Assembly: GCA_041640455.1 (NCBI GenBank)
Contig: JBEQAF010000068.1
Location: forward strand, 1 to 11,477
Length of the DNA stretch: 11,477 bases
Direction: 5' to 3'
DNA from: a bacterium
GTDB taxonomy: Bacteria > CALINM01
A model generated the notes under the pieces. It saw only the letters and a program-made list of their open reading frames with translations, was not told the DNA's origin and did not search any database. A program made the translations under genes and the position numbers. This document shows, one piece after another, positions 6,282-11,477 of the stretch; position 1 is the first letter of the stretch; each line of letters begins with the position of its first letter.

Positions 6282-7796
6282 TTAGAGTGGGATTTTAACA
6301 GTAAATTCAGTACCTTTATTCTTTTCACTAACAAAGGTTATACTGCCACCATGCAGATCAACCACCTTTTTTGATATATACAATCCAAGCCCTGTACCTT
6401 TTTCTCCACCTTCCAGATCTTTATGATAAAATTTTTGAAAGATTTTTGTTGCATCATCAATTCCTTTACCTTCATCTTTTATAATAAAAACCGCCATCTC
6501 ATCTTCCTTTTTTAGTTTTATGTAGATCTTTCCATCTATTTTGTTAAACTTGACAGCATTATGAATCAGATTTTCAAACAAAACTGTAAGTTTCTCCTTA
6601 TCCCCCTTTACATATATGTCATCCTCAATCTCTGTTATAAAATTTTCATAGTTAAAGTTATTCATAACCTCTTTTAAAACCTGTTTTAAATTTATCTTTT
6701 CGAAATACTTCTCAGATATACCCATATCTATCTGAGCAGCTTTTAATATCTGGCTGGTAGCTCTTTTCAGGGACTCAATATTTTTTTTAAGTAATTCCAG
6801 AAACCTTTTATCTCCCTCACAGCTACCCTTCATTAGAAGATAGTCCACGCTGGTACCAATAACAGTTAGCGGAGTTTTCAGCTTATGACCGACTTCAAGA
6901 AAAAAGTCCGTCTTTTTGTTATGAATCTCCTCAAGCTCTTTTGTAACTCTTATAACCTCTTCTTTAAGCCTTTCTTTTATCTGTTCGTCATTTATCCTTG
7001 CCAATTTAAGACGTTCATAGAGAATACTAAACTCACGAGAGCTTAAAAAAGATTTATTTTCTTCTATGGCTGTCCCTTCTGCAAAATCAGTAAGCTCTTT
7101 AACAGGTTTCAAAACAAAGCGATTAAAAAACATCAAAACCCCAGCCAGTATAAGTCCATAGAACATTGTAATTGCAATAAAAAATTCAACCTTAATTGCT
7201 ACAAGGCTTTTCATAAGCTCATGAGCTGATAGCGATAGACTCAAACCTCCTCTTATATTCCCTACCTTATAATCTCTATGACAGCTTAAACAACTCTCTT
7301 CAGCATACAAAGGAATTATATATCTAAAATTATTTTCAACTAATCTATAAAACTCATTGATATTTTTATCTTGCTCAAATTTTCGGAGCGCCTCTTTTTC
7401 AAACTCATCGGGTATGTTTTTTGGATTAAGTGCTTTGAGACTGGTCACACGGAAATAAAAACCTCGCTCTTTCTCTGCTAACTTTGATATCTCTCTGGTT
7501 ACGAAAGCGGGGTTCATTTTTATATACATTCTTCCCTTGCTGTCAATAATATAAGGCTCTTTGAGATAAGGATTGGGTTCTATCTCATCTTTTTTTTCAA
7601 CAAATACTGCGCTATGCAAAGCAACCCACTTTCTGGTAAGGGTAATCTGATCGGCAAGCATTTTTGCAGAAATTTTTAGCTCTGTGAGAAAAATCTGCTC
7701 ATATTTACGGGTGATGAAAAAATATGAGATCAGATAGGATAAAAAAAATATGGCTGTTAAAAAAATAATGACATAGAACTTGAGACTTTTTTGCAT
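6282..7796 (-). CDS. Membrane sensor histidine kinase with a periplasmic c-type heme (DUF3365/Tll0287-like) domain
   Basis: Two hydrophobic TM segments flank a domain containing NPAFVTREIS, TSLKALNPKNIPDEFE and CLSCH (7278-7292). H-box GHKLKTPL, N-box NLIHNAVKF, DEGKGI, IFQKFY, GTGLGL. Confidence 0.93.
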   Translation of the reverse strand: MQKSLKFYVIIFLTAIFFLSYLISYFFITRKYEQIFLTELKISAKMLADQITLTRKWVALHSAVFVEKKDEIEPNPYLKEPYIIDSKGRMYIKMNPAFVTREISKLAEKERGFYFRVTSLKALNPKNIPDEFEKEALRKFEQDKNINEFYRLVENNFRYIIPLYAEESCLSCHRDYKVGNIRGGLSLSLSAHELMKSLVAIKVEFFIAITMFYGLILAGVLMFFNRFVLKPVKELTDFAEGTAIEENKSFLSSREFSILYERLKLARINDEQIKERLKEEVIRVTKELEEIHNKKTDFFLEVGHKLKTPLTVIGTSVDYLLMKGSCEGDKRFLELLKKNIESLKRATSQILKAAQIDMGISEKYFEKINLKQVLKEVMNNFNYENFITEIEDDIYVKGDKEKLTVLFENLIHNAVKFNKIDGKIYIKLKKEDEMAVFIIKDEGKGIDDATKIFQKFYHKDLEGGEKGTGLGLYISKKVVDLHGGSITFVSEKNKGTEFTVKIPL

Positions 7797-7832
7797 TTTG
7801 ATAATTCTATCATCAAGCTAAAAATATTAAAA
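7797..7832 (-). promoter_or_regulatory. Extended -10 promoter, probably leaderless, for the kinase-regulator operon
   Basis: Minus strand: TG-a-TAGAAT (7812-7804), 7 nt, ATG (7796). No SD. TTTTAA lies 17 nt upstream of the -10. Confidence 0.55.
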
Positions 7833-7842
7833 GCCGCAAAGG

Positions 7843-8517
7843 CTAACTCTTATCTCCTTTCAATGTAAACACAAAGATAAACCCATCATCACCGCTGGCA
7901 AAGTCTTTATTTATAAAAAATCTGGAGTTAGTTCTAATAAATTTTCTAAGATTTGATATCATGGGATAGCTGGCGTTACTCATAATTCCCATGTAACAGC
8001 TTTCTAAACACAGTATGCAACCAGATTCTGACTTTCTCTGAGCCTTTTTGTTACCACCAAATCTAATGTCAAAACCTTTTTTAGATGCATCATATATGAC
8101 CGAGTTTATCTCATACTCTTTGCCCTGATAGATTACTTTTACATCTAAACTACTACCTGCTACTTTCTTCCCGAAAGACTTTTCTGTTAGATTATCTCCT
8201 GGAACTGCACCCAATGCATGTAAAATACTGAATAGGTTTAATGGCTCTATATAGGCATGGAAAAGAGCGTTTTTTGCCTGTCTTCCTCTATAATATACTA
8301 TGCCGAAATGGCTGGTTTTTTTATCTTTTAGTGCTGGATTTCGCTCTGTATAAAGATATATCTTTTTTTCCTTATGATTTATACTAACAGGATTTTCCTT
8401 AGATAGTTCAGGGATCTCGCCATTCTCGGCTGAAGCCAACCCAGCAATACATATTGTTATAATTAAAAAAATTACTCTCAAAAATTTAATCTTCAATATA
8501 ATCTCTATATTTTTCAC
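7843..8517 (-). CDS. YdjY-like exported protein with a CxxCxxxC motif
   Basis: Signal-peptide-like N-terminus (...IAGLASA/E). Motifs LGAVPGDNL, IRFGGN and GCILCLESCYMGIMSNA resemble E. coli YdjY as I recall it. The start is uncertain (GTG 8517 or TTG 8496). Confidence 0.7.
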   Translation of the reverse strand: MKNIEIILKIKFLRVIFLIITICIAGLASAENGEIPELSKENPVSINHKEKKIYLYTERNPALKDKKTSHFGIVYYRGRQAKNALFHAYIEPLNLFSILHALGAVPGDNLTEKSFGKKVAGSSLDVKVIYQGKEYEINSVIYDASKKGFDIRFGGNKKAQRKSESGCILCLESCYMGIMSNASYPMISNLRKFIRTNSRFFINKDFASGDDGFIFVFTLKGDKS

Positions 8518-9532
8518 GTAGTCTTTCAGAGAGACTCCTCAGCCATTTATAGGCTGACTCTACCGTTTTAAACTCATCAGGATTAAGAAGTGCACAGGTT
8601 GCAGGCATCAGTATGCTTAGTCTTATAATTTCTGCCATATCAAAACCCTCTTTTACAAGTCCAGCCCAGAGCCCTTCAATATGATGAATAAGCCTATCTT
8701 CTGACTCTTTTTCAAACTCATAATAGTTTGCAGGAACAAGCCCCCATCCAATTATACCACCTTTTTTTAAAAATTTTTTAATACTTTCTTTATATCTGAT
8801 GAAAATTTCTCCGCAGTTATAGGCGTTAAAGGACAGTATATCTATGTCAAGATTAAGCAGAAAATCCCAGTCAGGATTTCCACAAAGATGTATCCCCCTC
8901 GGATGCTCTATCTGATTGAAAAATATCTCAAAATCCGCTCTTGCCATATCATTGGTATAGCCAGATACACTACTAAATATATACTGAAGCCCCGGTTCAT
9001 CGATAAAGATAAAGGCTCTCGGATTTTTTTCCTTCAGCTCCCTTAACTGGCAGGTTGCCTTTCTTGCCATAAAATCAAAAAGTATGGATCTCACCTCTTC
9101 ATTGAATATGATAGGTTTTTTGTTTTCATCAAGCACTTTAAGACCAAAGCTAACAGGACCCTCTATCTGTCCTCTTATGGATGGATAGCTTTTTAAATCC
9201 TGAGACATAAACCGATGATAGGTTGCTGAATATTTTTCAGACATTTTAAAGAAATCCATATTTTCCATATTTATTAAGGCATTCTCAAGCTCCTGATAAA
9301 ATTTTTCTGTGTTAAAGTAAATATTCAGGTTTTCAGGCTCAAGCACTATGCCGGGAAAGTTTTCGGAGACCTGCACATACATATCTTCAAAGAAGCTCAT
9401 TTTCGGAAGTTGAGGCCAGAAAGGAATATCCACAGACATAGAAACCCTTAGGGCTGATTCAATATCTTTATGAGGAAGTATCCCCATTCCTGTAGTCATC
9501 AGATTCCCGTTAAATGGCATTAAACTGGTCAT
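8486..9532 (-). CDS. Folate-independent 'core' methionine synthase (single MetE catalytic barrel; MesB/MesC-like)
   Basis: 348 aa. Motifs DIPFWPQLPK, EDMYVQ.SE.FPG, GQIEGP, FIDEP, Zn-site GIHLCGNPDW, WGLVP and C-terminal PATC; SD AAGGAG. Confidence 0.78.
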   Translation of the reverse strand: MTSLMPFNGNLMTTGMGILPHKDIESALRVSMSVDIPFWPQLPKMSFFEDMYVQVSENFPGIVLEPENLNIYFNTEKFYQELENALINMENMDFFKMSEKYSATYHRFMSQDLKSYPSIRGQIEGPVSFGLKVLDENKKPIIFNEEVRSILFDFMARKATCQLRELKEKNPRAFIFIDEPGLQYIFSSVSGYTNDMARADFEIFFNQIEHPRGIHLCGNPDWDFLLNLDIDILSFNAYNCGEIFIRYKESIKKFLKKGGIIGWGLVPANYYEFEKESEDRLIHHIEGLWAGLVKEGFDMAEIIRLSILMPATCALLNPDEFKTVESAYKWLRSLSERLREKYRDYIED

Positions 9533-9541
9533 AAAAGCTCC

Positions 9542-10543
9542 TTATCTTAGTTTGTATTCAAATAACAGCAGAACTATATAAACTACAAATATAATAAAAG
9601 CATCCACGCTTACAAAAAACCGCTTCTTTTCAGCTCTAAATATGAAGGCGGCTATCAGGACAGATGTCATAAATATGGCAGAGATTATGGAGATGATATG
9701 CCCCTTCAGGAGACTTGCAGAAATTACATCCTTAATATAAATCATATCTACCAGTGAATAAATAAAAATATCAAAAATGTTGCTGCCAAGAATGTTTCCT
9801 ATTGCCATATCTATGGCGTTAATCTTCATAGCAGTTATAGATACAACAAGCTCAGGTAAAGATGTGACCATTCCAACAAGTACACTGCCAACAAAACACT
9901 GACCAAGCCCACTGGCTACTGCTAACTTATCAGCCGTATAGGGCAAAAAGGTAGCAGAAAGCACCACAAAAAAGGCATTTATGGAATATTTTTTTATTGC
10001 CACCTTTAGCATAATATGATCATACTTTTTCTCTTCAACCGCCCTGTGAAGGTATTTTACCACCTCCCTTTTGTTGTGAATATAGATAAGCCTCACAGAC
10101 AGAATATAAATGAAAAAAATTATTACACTTTCAAAACCAAGCCAAAAAATCCTGATATTAAGATCTTTAACAATATACGCAAGAAGTATGAGAGATAAAA
10201 ACAAGATACCAATAGCCGCAGAGAGTGTGTTCCCATAATAGGCTTTGGTGGATAGAGGAACATCTTTTTGCCATAAATCAAGGATTGCCAGAATAACAAG
10301 ATTAAATACACAACTACCCAGTATGTCCCCAAGTGCCAGGACAGGGGCATCTATGAGCACTACAGAGCTAACACTGTTAATAAGTTCAGGTAGGGAGGTT
10401 ATGGTAGCAAGAAGCACAATACCTATCAAACTTCCACCCAAACCTGTTTTTTCTGCTATAATATCTCCATATTGAGAAAGTTTTGAACCGGAATATACAA
10501 TTACCATTGCAAGAATTAGAAATTCAACTGAATAAAGAAACAT
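9542..10543 (-). CDS. Cation:Ca2+ antiporter (CaCA family, YrbG-like)
   Basis: About 10 hydrophobic segments; alpha-repeats ATITSLPEL...GDILGSCVFN and MVTSLPEL...GNILGSNIFD. Confidence 0.93.
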   Translation of the reverse strand: MFLYSVEFLILAMVIVYSGSKLSQYGDIIAEKTGLGGSLIGIVLLATITSLPELINSVSSVVLIDAPVLALGDILGSCVFNLVILAILDLWQKDVPLSTKAYYGNTLSAAIGILFLSLILLAYIVKDLNIRIFWLGFESVIIFFIYILSVRLIYIHNKREVVKYLHRAVEEKKYDHIMLKVAIKKYSINAFFVVLSATFLPYTADKLAVASGLGQCFVGSVLVGMVTSLPELVVSITAMKINAIDMAIGNILGSNIFDIFIYSLVDMIYIKDVISASLLKGHIISIISAIFMTSVLIAAFIFRAEKKRFFVSVDAFIIFVVYIVLLLFEYKLR

Positions 10544-10579
10544 AATTAAAATAATATCAGAAAATTTAAATTCTTAAAA
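10544..10579 (-). promoter_or_regulatory. Extended -10 promoter, probably leaderless, for the antiporter operon
   Basis: Minus strand: TG-a-TATTAT (10559-10551), 7 nt, ATG (10543). No SD. TTTTAA lies 17 nt upstream of the -10. Confidence 0.5.
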
Positions 10580-10594
10580 TTATGAGGAGCGCCT

Positions 10595-11128
10595 ATGATT
10601 GTTTCAGAAAAAAAGATAGGTAACACTGTTTTGAGACTCTTTTATGGCGATATTACGGGGAGAGACACAGAGGCTATTGTAAACCCTGCAAACTCAAGTC
10701 TAAGCCATGGAGGTGGAGTAGCTGGTATTATTGTAAAAAAAGGTGGTAAAATCATTCAAGAAGAGAGCGACAGGATAGGATACTGTCCAGTCGGTGGGGC
10801 GGTCATTACCTCTGCTGGAGCGCTCAAAGCAAAATATGTAATTCACACTGTGGGACCTGTATATGGTGAGGGAGATGAGGATAACAAGCTCAAAAAAGCC
10901 CTGATAAGCAGCTTAAAACTTGCTACAGAAAAGGGGTTAAAATCTATCTCTATCCCGGCTATAAGCGCAGGTATATTTGGCTTCCCTAAAGATAGATGCG
11001 CAGAGATTCTGGTAAGCACCGCAAAAAACTACTTAGAAACCAGCGACACCTCTCTTGATCTGGTAGAGTTCTGTATATTCAATCAGGATGTTTTAGAGTT
11101 TTTTGAAAAAGAGTTTAATAAAATATGA
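10595..11128 (+). CDS. Macrodomain protein (O-acetyl-ADP-ribose deacetylase / ADP-ribosylhydrolase, MacroD/YmdB-like)
   Basis: Motifs GDIT, AIVNPANSSLSHGGGVAG, VIHTVGP and PAISAGIFGFP; SD GAGGAG at 10584-10589. Confidence 0.95.
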   Translation: MIVSEKKIGNTVLRLFYGDITGRDTEAIVNPANSSLSHGGGVAGIIVKKGGKIIQEESDRIGYCPVGGAVITSAGALKAKYVIHTVGPVYGEGDEDNKLKKALISSLKLATEKGLKSISIPAISAGIFGFPKDRCAEILVSTAKNYLETSDTSLDLVEFCIFNQDVLEFFEKEFNKI

Positions 11129-11477
11129 TCGCCTATCCCTTCCGATTTCAGAAGATCGGGGCAAGGTTTATCCGAAGGCTTAACAGATTTGTAGTACAGG
11201 TTGATGTGGAAGGAAAAGAAAGCCTTGCCTACCTACCAAACCCTGGCAGGCTATGGGAGCTCCTTATCAAAGATACTGAGCTTATAGTTTTTAAAAATTC
11301 TGAAAGTAAAAAGATTCCCTATACTGTGCTTTTTTGCAAAAAAGATAATCAGCCTGTGCTTTTGCATACCCATCTAACGAATCAGATAGTAAAAGCTCTT
11401 ATCGAGGAAAAAAGAATTGATTTTTTAAAAGATTATCAGGTTGATGCGTCAGAAGTAAGATATAAAAACAGCAGGTT
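11125..11477 (+). CDS. sfsA: SfsA-family DNA/RNA nuclease (sugar fermentation stimulation protein); 3' truncated by window
   Basis: Not in the ORF track. Open to the window end: MIAYPFRFQKIGARFIRRLNRFVVQV...AYLPNPGRLWELL...EVRYKNSR. RxNRF, PNxGRL and EVxYxxSR are SfsA motifs. ATGA overlap with the macrodomain stop codon. Confidence 0.9.
   Translation, partial: MIAYPFRFQKIGARFIRRLNRFVVQVDVEGKESLAYLPNPGRLWELLIKDTELIVFKNSESKKIPYTVLFCKKDNQPVLLHTHLTNQIVKALIEEKRIDFLKDYQVDASEVRYKNSR

Noticed and set aside
6116..6298. 60-aa plus-strand ORF
   Set aside because: Antisense to the response regulator.
7820..7845. Small hairpin AGCC-N5-GGCT followed by T-rich sequence after the YdjY-like stop
   Set aside because: A 4-bp stem is too weak to call a terminator; read-through into the kinase operon remains possible.
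10016..10475. ORFs 10016..10198 (+), 10123..10350 (-) and 10245..10475 (+)
   Set aside because: Alternative-frame or antisense ORFs within the antiporter gene.
1..11477. CRISPR arrays, tRNA/rRNA genes, riboswitches, IS elements, DarTG-type toxin-antitoxin pair
   Set aside because: Intergenic gaps are at most about 140 bp and are explained by promoters or terminators. I saw no repeat-spacer pattern, transposase, cloverleaf or ADP-ribosyltransferase gene, and there is no room for a SAM or cobalamin riboswitch before the methionine synthase.

Overview
An AT-rich, gene-dense bacterial chromosomal segment. The gene content suggests an anaerobe, but that is inference. It contains no rRNA, tRNA, CRISPR array or mobile element that I can support. 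Left to right: (+) the 3' end of a PycA-type biotin carboxylase, then a stand-alone biotin-carrier protein resembling only the C-terminal part of PycB; (-) an operon of a pyruvate-kinase-C-terminal-like protein, pgi and an orphan ABC ATPase; (+) a bacteriohemerythrin; (-) an octaheme ammonia-forming cytochrome c nitrite reductase (TvNiR/ONR type, 7 CxxCH + 1 CxxCK), preceded by a c-type-heme (DUF3365-like) sensor kinase, an OmpR-family regulator and a promoter with three phased TTTACA repeats; (-) an operon of a CaCA antiporter, a folate-independent 'core' methionine synthase and a YdjY-like exported protein; (+) a macrodomain protein coupled to a partial sfsA. The best candidate for a new system is the heme-sensor two-component system, the repeat operator and the octaheme nitrite reductase taken together. 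Also notable are three apparently leaderless operon starts and the split PycB-like subunit. All family assignments come from motif recognition, not database searches.
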